Part shown: positions 1 through 8,685 of the stretch, in pieces | How positions within the stretch are numbered: the first letter of the stretch is position 1 | Layout of the letters: each line of letters begins with the position of its first letter | Made by a program: the position numbers and the translations under genes | Source: a virus | Length of the DNA stretch: 64,000 bases | Direction: 5' to 3' (one strand) | IMG/VR virus record: IMGVR_UViG_3300021519_000916 | Coordinates: 72,507-136,506 of that record | The notes under the pieces: generated by a model | Told to the model about the DNA's origin: nothing | Seen by the model: only the letters and a program-made list of their open reading frames with translations | Databases searched by the model: none

Positions 1-412
1 TAAGGGGACTGTTAGTTACGAATTAATTGAAAAACTAAAGCACCAAGGTATTCCTGTTTTTATTGATACAAAGAAAACAGACCTAGCCAGGTTAGAAGGT
101 TGCTACGTTAAAATTAACAGTTTAGAATATAGTCTTGCTAAAACATTTCCCACAGAGCTAATAGTTACTACAGGGAAAGACGGGGCGATGTATAAGGGTC
201 AAACATATCCTACTCCTGTGGTTAGTATAACCGACACATGCGGCGCCGGCGATACTTTCTTAGCGGCACTAGTATATCAACAGCTAAGTACTAGTAATAT
301 ACATCAAGCCATTGAATTTGCCAATGTAGCATCATCAATAACCGTACAACATAGCGGTGTATATGCACCCACCTTAAAAGAAATAAATGAAAATATTACT
401 AACCGGACATAA
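1..412 (+). CDS. PfkB-family sugar kinase, HldE/RfaE kinase-domain-like (5' truncated by window edge)
   Basis: Frame is open from base 2 (KGTVSYELI...FIDTKK...VKIN); C-terminal PfkB motif DTCGAGDTFLAA; adjacent to hldD. Confidence 0.8.
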   Translation, partial: KGTVSYELIEKLKHQGIPVFIDTKKTDLARLEGCYVKINSLEYSLAKTFPTELIVTTGKDGAMYKGQTYPTPVVSITDTCGAGDTFLAALVYQQLSTSNIHQAIEFANVASSITVQHSGVYAPTLKEINENITNRT

Positions 413-1160
413 TGGATTTATCGGTAGCCACATGCTTAAGGCCTTATCTGGCCACGAAGTTGCTACATACGAATGGGGCGATACATATCGTCATGGCGTT
501 ATGGGGTTTGATTGGGTTATACACCTGGGTGCAATTAGCTCAACTACAGAACGAGATATAGAAAAAGTACTCACACAAAATTTAGATTTTAGTATCAATC
601 TATATGATGAATGTAAAACTTTTGGAGTCAACTTCCAATATGCATCATCGGCTAGTATATATGGGCTAGTAAGTACGTTTAGCGAAGATGCTCCCCCGGA
701 TCCACGCACTCCGTATGCTTGGTCTAAGTATTTGTTTGAACGATATGTACGTACTCACCCAAGTGGTAGTATTGTACAGGGCTTTAGGTATTTTAACGTG
801 TACGGTCCCGATGGCGAAGGTCACAAAGGGTCACAAGCAAGCCCATACTACCAATTTGCTAAACAAGCAAAAGAAACCAATAGCATCAAACTGTTTAAAA
901 ACAGTGATAAATATCTTAGGGATTTTATTCACGTTGATGAATTAGTGGCTACTCAGTTAAAATTTTTAAATGTTAAAGAATCCGGTATATGGAATGTTGG
1001 CACCGGGAACACAAAAAGTTTTGCTGATGTGGCAAAAACATTTAATGTGAAACTAATCGAAATCCCAATGCCTGCTATATTAACAGACAGTTATCAAAAA
1101 TATACTTGTGCGGATCGTACTAAATTAAATGAAACGTTAGCGAAATTAAATGAGTTTTAA
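387..1160 (+). CDS. hldD: ADP-L-glycero-D-manno-heptose 6-epimerase-like extended SDR
   Basis: TGHNGFIG Rossmann motif, HLGAISSTTE, YASSAS, YAWSK, FRYFNVYGP..EGHKG, RDFIHV. Confidence 0.8.
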   Translation: MKILLTGHNGFIGSHMLKALSGHEVATYEWGDTYRHGVMGFDWVIHLGAISSTTERDIEKVLTQNLDFSINLYDECKTFGVNFQYASSASIYGLVSTFSEDAPPDPRTPYAWSKYLFERYVRTHPSGSIVQGFRYFNVYGPDGEGHKGSQASPYYQFAKQAKETNSIKLFKNSDKYLRDFIHVDELVATQLKFLNVKESGIWNVGTGNTKSFADVAKTFNVKLIEIPMPAILTDSYQKYTCADRTKLNETLAKLNEF

Positions 1161-1728
1161 CGCACTATTTGAATTTGAAGAAGCATTGGCCAAGTATACC
1201 GGGGCGCCATATGCCGTTGTGACCGATGGTGGGACTCATGCAATTGAACTATGTCTGCGATACAAAAAAGTTACCACATGCGAATTCACAGCACATACGT
1301 ATCTTAGTATACCCATGCTTATGCATCACTTAAACATCAAGTATAGACTAATCAACGAAGATTGGCTTGGTGAGTATTGTTTTTATAATACAAATATATG
1401 GGATAGTGCCCGCAGATTGCAACCAGACATGTATAGGGAAAAACAAATGCAATGTCTGAGCTTTGGATATTCTAAACCGCTAGAGTTGGGCAAAGGTGGT
1501 GCAATACTACTTGATAATGTTGAAGCATACAAAGAGTTAAGCATGATGAGGTCGGATGGCAGGGACCTACACATCAATCCTTGGGAAACACAAACAACAT
1601 TTAAGCCAGGATATCATTACTGCCCTACATTAGAATTATGTAACGAAGGTATCAAGAAACTTTCTGTTACCAACAGCGTACAGGATGTGGCATATCCAGA
1701 CTGCCGTTTACTTAATATAACGAATTAA
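1150..1728 (+). CDS. Short DegT/DnrJ/EryC1/StrS-family PLP aminotransferase
   Basis: FEEALAKYTGAPYAV, WDSA, SFGYSKPL-GKGGAI (PLP lysine); only 192 aa. Confidence 0.7.
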   Translation: MSFNALFEFEEALAKYTGAPYAVVTDGGTHAIELCLRYKKVTTCEFTAHTYLSIPMLMHHLNIKYRLINEDWLGEYCFYNTNIWDSARRLQPDMYREKQMQCLSFGYSKPLELGKGGAILLDNVEAYKELSMMRSDGRDLHINPWETQTTFKPGYHYCPTLELCNEGIKKLSVTNSVQDVAYPDCRLLNITN

Positions 1729-2788
1729 GAAGAGTCCTAGATACTTTACCTGTGGCGTTGAGTGGTATTGCATCCACTTGTTCTACCAAGCTAGGTCTAC
1801 AATGCTTACCCAGGCTAGATAAAAATACGCTAATACTGTCAGCATCGCAGGTGCCAACAAACAAACATTTAACAGTATCGGTACCAAATACAGCACATTC
1901 CACCAATCCATTGATTGATTGTAATAACTGTCGTTCTAGACTGACTGGATTTAATTTTGATCCGCGAACATTTATTTGATCTTTGTGCCGGCCAAGTATC
2001 TTATAATATCCAGCATCGTCTTGCTCCGCCAAATCTCCGGTATCATACCATCTACTGCCCAATGTAACACCACTAAGGTGTAAGCGACCGTGTTCAATCT
2101 TGGCGATAACCCCATCTGGTAATCCAACTGTACCTATACGTTGTTCACCATGTAACGGGTTTGTGAAGCAATGGCTCATTGCTTCTGTCATACCAAATGC
2201 TTCTATTACAGGTACATTAAACTTATCCTGTAGTTTTATATAAGTTTCGTTTGGTAGTGGCGCACTAGCAGATCTAATAAATCGTAAATGATCAAAGTTT
2301 AATCCGCCAATTGCATTAAGTATATCAGGAATAGCAGTAATAAAGGTTGGCTTATATTCAGGCATTGTGCGTAGATCTTTAACTGTTATAAAATGAGTTT
2401 CACATTTGGCCATTTGTGTTGCCCAATAAAAGCCTTGGCCGTGTGCATGCCATAAACTCATTACACTAACATACCTATCGTTTGCTGTAAGGTCGTAAGA
2501 GTTAATGATAGTTTTAGCCATGTGATCTAATTGTGGTTGACTAAAGCTACAAAATTTGCTATCCCCAGTGGTGCCAGACGTATACCAAAGCACACGTTCA
2601 TTTGGGTATTTCTTCCCTTCTCTTGTTTTTTCCTCGGTCGCTGTTATAAGTAAACTCCAATCGGAATTTTCTAAAAGGTATCGATTCCGTGCGGCAGTTG
2701 CATTTGGGTTTAGAACCATAATGCTATAGTTGGGTAGGGTGGGAATGTAGTCTTGTGGATTGTCCACACACAGCACAGCACGTTTCAT
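1712..2788 (-). CDS. AMP-binding (acyl-CoA synthetase/ANL) adenylating enzyme, compact
   Basis: YTSGTTGDSK, EAFGMTE, WYDTGD, ILGRHKD, P.NATGKV motifs. Confidence 0.8.
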   Translation of the reverse strand: MKRAVLCVDNPQDYIPTLPNYSIMVLNPNATAARNRYLLENSDWSLLITATEEKTREGKKYPNERVLWYTSGTTGDSKFCSFSQPQLDHMAKTIINSYDLTANDRYVSVMSLWHAHGQGFYWATQMAKCETHFITVKDLRTMPEYKPTFITAIPDILNAIGGLNFDHLRFIRSASAPLPNETYIKLQDKFNVPVIEAFGMTEAMSHCFTNPLHGEQRIGTVGLPDGVIAKIEHGRLHLSGVTLGSRWYDTGDLAEQDDAGYYKILGRHKDQINVRGSKLNPVSLERQLLQSINGLVECAVFGTDTVKCLFVGTCDADSISVFLSSLGKHCRPSLVEQVDAIPLNATGKVSRTLLNSLY

Positions 2789-2818
2789 TTTGAGTAAACT
2801 TTATTTGAATTTATCACG

Positions 2819-2825
2819 TATTTAT
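2819..2825 (-). promoter_or_regulatory. T4-like late promoter candidate (ATAAATA) for the ligase gene
   Basis: The [A/C/G]TAAATA motif recurs in intergenic gaps upstream of genes throughout the window. Confidence 0.4.
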
Positions 2826-2834
2826 TCATAACTA

Positions 2835-2863
2835 TTGACACTTAGATCTAAATACTATACAAT
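2835..2863 (+). promoter_or_regulatory. sigma70-type promoter for folE operon (embedded CTAAATA late motif at 2848-2854)
   Basis: TTGACA-N17-TACAAT. Confidence 0.7.
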
Positions 2864-2877
2864 AGTAAAATATTAAA

Positions 2878-2901
2878 GACATCCACGTCATTAACTCGGA
2901 G
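2878..2901 (+). promoter_or_regulatory. Candidate mini pseudoknot sequestering folE Shine-Dalgarno
   Basis: GAC/GTC stem, loop ATCCAC; loop TCC is complementary to GGA of the SD GGAG at 2898-2901. Confidence 0.3.
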
Positions 2902-2907
2902 AAAACA

Positions 2908-3813
2908 TTGCAAAAGAAATTCGTTCCTATTTACACAGATGTAGTAGATCGAACATTTAAACCACATCCAGTTTTGCATCCTACTCAACCAACCGAAGGC
3001 GAGAAGCAGGCGGCCGCATGGTTACAGGACGAGTTTTATGACTTGGATAAAGATGAACCAACACAGGAGAGCACTTTGACAGAATCAGTAACATACCAAA
3101 ACATAGACGAAAAGGGCTATGAAGAATGTAATCTAGCGGATGCTATTCGCTTTAAGATGAAACGTGATAAGAAACGTTTTTGGGCAGGAGACAATATTAG
3201 TGATTACCTACACGAAGGTGACAAAGAAAAACTAATCAATGAAGCAACTGAAGCATTTGAAAAAGTATTAGACACGTTGCTCATTGATCGCGAAAACGAT
3301 CCTAACAGCAAGGGCACAGCCAAGCGACTGGCCAAGATGTATTTCAACGAAGTAATGGGAGGTCGATATGATCCAGCACCAAATGCAACGGCTTTTCCAA
3401 ATGATAGTGAAGGTAGATATGAAGGTATGTTGGTGGTACGTAGTGAGTTACGAAGCATGTGTAGCCATCACCATCAGCCTGTATCTGGTGTGGCTTATAT
3501 CGGTATCATCGCTGCTAATAAATTAATTGGTCTCAGCAAGTATACTCGTATTGCTCAGTGGTGTGCTCGCCGTGGTACGTTACAAGAAGAACTATGTAAC
3601 GACATTGCAAGAGAAATAATGAAGGCCACAGAAAGCGAAAACGTAGCGGTTTATATCCAAGCGACCCATGGTTGTTGCGAAAACCGAGGCATTATGGCAC
3701 ATAGTTCGCTAACACAGACTACTGTACTTAAAGGTGCTTTCCAAACAGACTCTGGTACCAAGAAAGAGTTTATGGATAATATTAAACTACAGCAGGAATT
3801 TGCTCCAAGATAA
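2908..3813 (+). CDS. folE: GTP cyclohydrolase I (TTG start; second in-frame TTG with SD at 3076)
   Basis: DPNSKGTAKRLAKMY, SMCSHHHQP, GLSKYTRI, LQEEL, HGCCENRG. Confidence 0.95.
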   Translation: MQKKFVPIYTDVVDRTFKPHPVLHPTQPTEGEKQAAAWLQDEFYDLDKDEPTQESTLTESVTYQNIDEKGYEECNLADAIRFKMKRDKKRFWAGDNISDYLHEGDKEKLINEATEAFEKVLDTLLIDRENDPNSKGTAKRLAKMYFNEVMGGRYDPAPNATAFPNDSEGRYEGMLVVRSELRSMCSHHHQPVSGVAYIGIIAANKLIGLSKYTRIAQWCARRGTLQEELCNDIAREIMKATESENVAVYIQATHGCCENRGIMAHSSLTQTTVLKGAFQTDSGTKKEFMDNIKLQQEFAPR

Positions 3814-4550
3814 TGAAAGTCCTAGTAAATGGTTCATGTTTTAACCGGGGTGGTATCCACGGCGAAGAATCGGGCTGGGTCGATCTACTACGTGATCAAA
3901 CCGCATTTGAGATAGACAATTATAGTATGCGAAGTGCGGGTATTGATTATACAGTTGAATCAACTGTATCCATACTCACTAAACAAAAATACGATGCTGT
4001 TATTATAGTATGGCCGCAGATACATAAAGTCGATTTAAAAACCGTCGATCCCATAAACTTTCCAAAGCACGAACGAACATCATACTATATTAGTAGACAA
4101 ATAGAAAGAGCCAGTCTGATTAATCCAACCAGACAACATATTGATCATTTACAATTTGATCAGCACTGGGTCTTTAATCAATACCCCAGTATAAGAACCA
4201 AGAATATAATCGATACTTGGTATAGTTTTTTACTATATACCGATCATAAACAGGTGTTCACTGAAAATTTATTAAAAATATATATGCTCCAGCAACATCT
4301 AAAATCATTGGATATTCCGTTCTTGTTTTATTTTGGAAAGTACAGTTCGTTTGCCGCGGCGTATCAAAAACAAAATAAATTGTTCGATGAGAGATATGTT
4401 GATTTACAGTATAGTTTTATGGGTGTTGCAAAGAAAACAAAAGCATGGAATAAAAAATTATGGAAGTCTGGTATTAAAGGGCATCAAATGTTTTCAAAGA
4501 TCGTGCAATATGGATTAACAAACTTACTAAAACAGAATGGATTGATCTAA
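3813..4550 (+). CDS. SGNH/GDSL-hydrolase-like protein, degenerate motifs
   Basis: VNGSC near N-terminus, NYSMRSAG, VIIVWP, C-terminal GH..F; paralogous to 9519, 35826, 36567. Confidence 0.5.
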   Translation: MKVLVNGSCFNRGGIHGEESGWVDLLRDQTAFEIDNYSMRSAGIDYTVESTVSILTKQKYDAVIIVWPQIHKVDLKTVDPINFPKHERTSYYISRQIERASLINPTRQHIDHLQFDQHWVFNQYPSIRTKNIIDTWYSFLLYTDHKQVFTENLLKIYMLQQHLKSLDIPFLFYFGKYSSFAAAYQKQNKLFDERYVDLQYSFMGVAKKTKAWNKKLWKSGIKGHQMFSKIVQYGLTNLLKQNGLI

Positions 4551-4551
4551 C

Positions 4552-4887
4552 ATGATTAAAGGATTACGAGGCGACCAAGGTATTACGGTTAGTGGTGGCG
4601 ATACTGCTGTTCCTTATATCTACCCAAATACTACCATACCTATGACAGGTATGATGCGAGTCTGGGGGTCAGACATGCAGGTATTTGATGGTAGCCATTG
4701 GCTTAATATGAATTCCAGTTATGCCACCGCAAGTTTAGGTCCAGAATTACAAGTATTATTAAATTGGATACGACGCAAGATGATACAAGAACAAGACCTA
4801 CAATCGCTCATGGAGAAACATCCAGGCCTTAAAGATGCCAAAGATCGCTATGAGATTATGTTAAAATTAGTCACGGATCATAACTAA
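4552..4887 (+). CDS. Hypothetical phage protein
   Basis: ORF coupled to neighbours. Confidence 0.7.
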   Translation: MIKGLRGDQGITVSGGDTAVPYIYPNTTIPMTGMMRVWGSDMQVFDGSHWLNMNSSYATASLGPELQVLLNWIRRKMIQEQDLQSLMEKHPGLKDAKDRYEIMLKLVTDHN

Positions 4888-5210
4888 TGATCCCGTTGCC
4901 GCCCGGGTGTAAGGTATCGTACGAAATACGTTTTTTAGTACCAGAACTAACAGATGAAATAGGTGAATGGTTTAATATGATTGGTGGTCATGCCGGTGCG
5001 ATCGAAGAGTTTGACTATCGAGGTCGCAAACATATAGTAAAACAAGTACAATACGGTAAGGCAAAACCAAGCTACGTTACTAAAGATGGTACTGGACTTA
5101 CCTTAATTCGTTTTACTGGCGAAGATGCAAGCACAGCCAGTGTATTTTTATTAAAATTTATGGAAAAGATTCAGAGTCACAATTTTAACATATATAAGGA
5201 TGGAAAATAG
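4887..5210 (+). CDS. Hypothetical phage protein
   Basis: TAATG coupling with upstream ORF. Confidence 0.7.
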   Translation: MIPLPPGCKVSYEIRFLVPELTDEIGEWFNMIGGHAGAIEEFDYRGRKHIVKQVQYGKAKPSYVTKDGTGLTLIRFTGEDASTASVFLLKFMEKIQSHNFNIYKDGK

Positions 5211-5781
5211 CATGACTATTAATAAAGTGTACTACACAGATAAAACAATTAAAAGCTGGATGCACGACATTATTCAAACAATGTACGCTGACGATTTTAA
5301 ACCCGATTACATTGTGGGTATCACTCGCGGCGGCCTGACTCCTGCATCTATGCTTAGTTACTACTTAAGAACGCCAATGGTTGCGCTAGATGTTAGTTTC
5401 CGAGAAGACTCCGAAGTAGGACAAGAAAGTAATTTGTGGTTAGCCGAAGAAGCGTTCGGATATGTTTCTTCCATTGATCAAGATGGCATGGAAGATCCAG
5501 GTGACAAACCAAACTATGCGTTAAATGCTAAAAATATTCTTATCGTTGACGACATCAATGATACCGGACGTACACTACAATGGATTAAAGATGATTGGGA
5601 AAGTGGTTGTCTTCCAACTAACGAAAGATGGGAAGGCGTCTGGCACAATAATGTAAGATTTGCTGTAATGATTAATAACGAAGCAAGTGAGTTCAAAAAT
5701 ATTGACTATGCAGGGTTGCATATCAATAAACTTGAAGAACCAATTTGGTGTGTATTTCCGTGGGAAGAATGGTGGCGTTAA
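5200..5781 (+). CDS. Type I purine phosphoribosyltransferase (xanthine-guanine PRTase-like)
   Basis: IVGITRGG, PRPP loop ILIVDDINDTGRT, C-terminal VFPWE. Confidence 0.85.
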   Translation: MENSMTINKVYYTDKTIKSWMHDIIQTMYADDFKPDYIVGITRGGLTPASMLSYYLRTPMVALDVSFREDSEVGQESNLWLAEEAFGYVSSIDQDGMEDPGDKPNYALNAKNILIVDDINDTGRTLQWIKDDWESGCLPTNERWEGVWHNNVRFAVMINNEASEFKNIDYAGLHINKLEEPIWCVFPWEEWWR

Positions 5782-6116
5782 AAGAGTTTTACTTAGACGA
5801 AAGTCTTGAGTGGAATGTAACCACTCACACCGAATACAATAGTTATATAGATAAAGATATTGTTACGAACGAAGATTTGATTGAAGTACTTAAAGGCAAA
5901 GGTATCATCCGTACAATTGGCAGTGACGATGGCCCGGAATTTAAAGCACTACGCAATCAACTAGAAGAACTAGGTTACATTAAATGTCAGCGTGGTTGGT
6001 GGAATGGTGATCGTGTTGTAAAACCATTTCAGTTAAATGGATTAAAGTTTAAAAAGAACGAGCAATTTTTATCAGGAGCAGCAATGAAGTCTCATTTAGA
6101 ATTTTTAAGGAGATAA
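5769..6116 (+). CDS. Hypothetical phage protein
   Basis: ATG at 5769 overlaps PRTase end. Confidence 0.65.
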   Translation: MVALKEFYLDESLEWNVTTHTEYNSYIDKDIVTNEDLIEVLKGKGIIRTIGSDDGPEFKALRNQLEELGYIKCQRGWWNGDRVVKPFQLNGLKFKKNEQFLSGAAMKSHLEFLRR

Positions 6117-6119
6117 ATA
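6113..6119 (+). promoter_or_regulatory. T4-like late promoter candidate (ATAAATA) upstream of queD leader
   Basis: Motif lies directly before the structured leader. Confidence 0.45.
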
Positions 6120-6129
6120 GTTATATCCC

Positions 6130-6199
6130 CAGAATAGCGGTCTTCGGCGTTCATCCCGCTTTACAAATTCTGCCGCCTATGCTACACTTAACATAGGAG
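6130..6199 (+). ncRNA. Structured queD 5' leader; preQ1-I-like pseudoknot riboswitch candidate
   Basis: AGCGG(6136-40)/CCGCT(6156-60) stem; loop CGGC(G) pairs with GCCG(6172-75) or CGCC(6174-77); A-rich linker; hairpin CCTATG/CATAGG covers the SD. Confidence 0.55.
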
Positions 6200-6206
6200 A
6201 ATAGTT

Positions 6207-6686
6207 ATGGCAAAGAAATATTTTAGTACTAAAACGTATAGGCAAATTGGTCCAGTTGCATACCGACAGTGGAGAGCAGATAGCCATTGTAATCAGATTC
6301 ACGGATATGCAATGAGTTTCCATTTTGAATTTGAAGCTGATACACTGGATGCCCGTAATTGGGTTACTGACTTTGGTGGACTAAAGCCGCTAAAGGAACA
6401 TTTAGAAGATTGGTTTGATCATACATTGCTAGTTGCACAAGATGATCCAATGCGTGAACATTTGCTGGAACTTGGTAGACTTAAACTTGCCAAGATCACA
6501 GAAGTTGAAAAGACTGGTTGCGAAGGCATCGCAGACTTCTTGTACGAATACATTAATACAATTTTTTTACCAAACTGTGGTGCGGAAGAAGCTAAACGTG
6601 TTTGGTGTTGTAAGGTAGAAGTAAGAGAAACCGACAGCAATATGGCTGGACGTAAAGGTCACAGGGAAGATCGAGAATTTGATTAA
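6207..6686 (+). CDS. queD: 6-carboxy-5,6,7,8-tetrahydropterin synthase (6-PTPS family)
   Basis: HCNQIHGY, VTDFGGLK, FDHT, GCEGIA, VEVRET. Confidence 0.9.
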   Translation: MAKKYFSTKTYRQIGPVAYRQWRADSHCNQIHGYAMSFHFEFEADTLDARNWVTDFGGLKPLKEHLEDWFDHTLLVAQDDPMREHLLELGRLKLAKITEVEKTGCEGIADFLYEYINTIFLPNCGAEEAKRVWCCKVEVRETDSNMAGRKGHREDREFD

Positions 6687-7537
6687 TGGAATCCTCTGAT
6701 ATAAATTGGTTACATGTAGAGGCTAGTTCAAGGTGCAATGCATGGTGCCCGGCATGTCCACGTAACAAATCCGGTTACGGACTTGCTGATGGACTAGTTG
6801 AAACAGACTTGACTGTAGACCAATTTAAATCAGTTCTGGCTACGTTACCCAATTTAACTAGTATACAATTTTGTGGTAATCATGGTGATCCAATTATTTC
6901 AAAAAATATATTAGAATTGATTGACGTTGCAATAGATTATTCTAAACAAATACAGATACAAATACATACCAATGGCAGTTTACGTTCTAAGTCGTGGTGG
7001 GCTAATCTAGCAAATATGTTATCTAAGGTCAAACATGAAGTTTGGTTTGGATTAGATGGACTACTGGGTGTACATGAAATCTATCGGCAAGGAACGTCGT
7101 TTAACAAAGTTATAGAAAATGCCACTAGCTTTATTGATAACGGAGGTTATGCTGTTTGGCAATTTATACCCTATGGGCATAATGAACATCAGACTAAAGA
7201 CTGTCATCGTATGAGTCAAAAATTAGGATTTAAAAAATTCCAATTGGCTAAACTACATCGTCGAAATACTGTTGCAAAACACTTTCAAACAGGCAATGAA
7301 TTTATATTAGAAGCACCTAAACAATTTCAAGATATCATTCGTGTGGTTAAGGATTACAAAACGGTTGATGTTAAAAATTGTATGCATTTTTCATATCCAA
7401 GTGTGTATTTGTCGGCCCAGGGCAAACTTAGCACCTGTTGTTATCAATCTAAAAATAACGTTGACAATGTAAATGATTTGTTATATACTATGCAAGACTT
7501 ATCAAATCGTATTTGTCTATATAGCTGTGGATCTTAA
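6686..7537 (+). CDS. Radical SAM protein with C-terminal partial SPASM/twitch
   Basis: CNAWCPAC, GNHGDP, HTNG, C-terminal C..CC..C..C. Confidence 0.85.
   Translation: MESSDINWLHVEASSRCNAWCPACPRNKSGYGLADGLVETDLTVDQFKSVLATLPNLTSIQFCGNHGDPIISKNILELIDVAIDYSKQIQIQIHTNGSLRSKSWWANLANMLSKVKHEVWFGLDGLLGVHEIYRQGTSFNKVIENATSFIDNGGYAVWQFIPYGHNEHQTKDCHRMSQKLGFKKFQLAKLHRRNTVAKHFQTGNEFILEAPKQFQDIIRVVKDYKTVDVKNCMHFSYPSVYLSAQGKLSTCCYQSKNNVDNVNDLLYTMQDLSNRICLYSCGS
7461..7489 (+). promoter_or_regulatory. sigma70-type promoter inside 3' end of radical SAM gene
   Basis: TTGACA-N17-TATACT. Confidence 0.55.
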
Positions 7538-7559
7538 TAAACGAATATAAAGAGGCCAA

Positions 7560-7832
7560 ATGAACAATAAGATTAAAGAAGCACTGGGAATACTCCAGGA
7601 AGAATGCGCCGAAGTTATTGTAGAAGTTAGTAAATGCAATCGCTTTGGTATGGATAGTAATCACTATAAAACTGGATTGAAGCATAGTATTATGCTTGAA
7701 ACAGAAATTGGTGATATGTTAGCATTAGTTGATATCCTAATTGAGCAAGGCGTACTTGATGTAGATGGATTGGAAGTAGCCAAGGAAAATAAGAAGCAAA
7801 AACTTAAACAATGGTCAAGCATATATGAGTAA
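7560..7832 (+). CDS. MazG-like NTP pyrophosphohydrolase
   Basis: EECAE...EIGD all-alpha NTP-PPase motif. Confidence 0.7.
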   Translation: MNNKIKEALGILQEECAEVIVEVSKCNRFGMDSNHYKTGLKHSIMLETEIGDMLALVDILIEQGVLDVDGLEVAKENKKQKLKQWSSIYE

Positions 7833-8685
7833 AATTAAAGTATCAGAACTATTTTATAGTTTACAAGGCGAAGGGCGATTTATCGGAGTACCAAGTGTAT
7901 TCCTTAGAACCTATGGTTGTAATTTTACTTGTAGTGGGTTTGGTTGCAAGCCCGGGGAAAAATCAACTGAAGCAGATGAAGTTGCTAAAGTAGTTAACAA
8001 GTACGATACATTCTTGAGTTTGCCATTGGTTAATACTGGATGCGATAGCTATGCAAGTTGGCATCCAGGATTTAAACATCTCAGTCCAACTGTAACAACA
8101 GAAGACCTAGTAAATCAAATGTTGGCGTTAACCCCAAATAATAAATGGGTGCAGAATAACGGCAATGATGTACATCTTGTTATAACAGGTGGTGAGCCAT
8201 TGCTAGGTTGGCAACGTGCTTATCCAGAGTTATTGTCGCATCCTAAGATGGCCGATTTAAAGAACATCACATTTGAAACAAACGGCACCCAGGAATTGCA
8301 CGAAGACTTTAGGGACTACTTAATTGATTGGGCAGAAGGCCCCGGGCGAGAAGTTACGTTTAGTGTCAGTGCCAAGTTAAGTGCGTCAGGTGAAACATGG
8401 GAAGATGCTATCAAGCCAAAGATTGTTAATATATATCAGACATATGGCCATGTTTATCTTAAGTTTGTTGTTGAAACACAAGACCATGTTAACGAAGCAG
8501 TCAAGGCAGTTGATGCCTTTAGACATGATGGATTTAAGGGTGTGGTATACTTAATGCCGCAAGGTGGAGTTGTTGACCCATACGAATCTAACAAACTAAA
8601 CATTGCCAATATTTGTGTTGAGCATGGATTTAACTATAGTCCAAGACTGCATGTTGATTTGTGGGGCAATGGTTGGGGTAAATGA
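7825..8685 (+). CDS. queE: 7-carboxy-7-deazaguanine synthase (radical SAM)
   Basis: ELFYSLQGEG, FLRTYGCNFTC...GCDS, TGGEP, ETNG, YLMPQ, RLHVDLWG; context with folE/queD. Confidence 0.88.
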   Translation: MSKIKVSELFYSLQGEGRFIGVPSVFLRTYGCNFTCSGFGCKPGEKSTEADEVAKVVNKYDTFLSLPLVNTGCDSYASWHPGFKHLSPTVTTEDLVNQMLALTPNNKWVQNNGNDVHLVITGGEPLLGWQRAYPELLSHPKMADLKNITFETNGTQELHEDFRDYLIDWAEGPGREVTFSVSAKLSASGETWEDAIKPKIVNIYQTYGHVYLKFVVETQDHVNEAVKAVDAFRHDGFKGVVYLMPQGGVVDPYESNKLNIANICVEHGFNYSPRLHVDLWGNGWGK

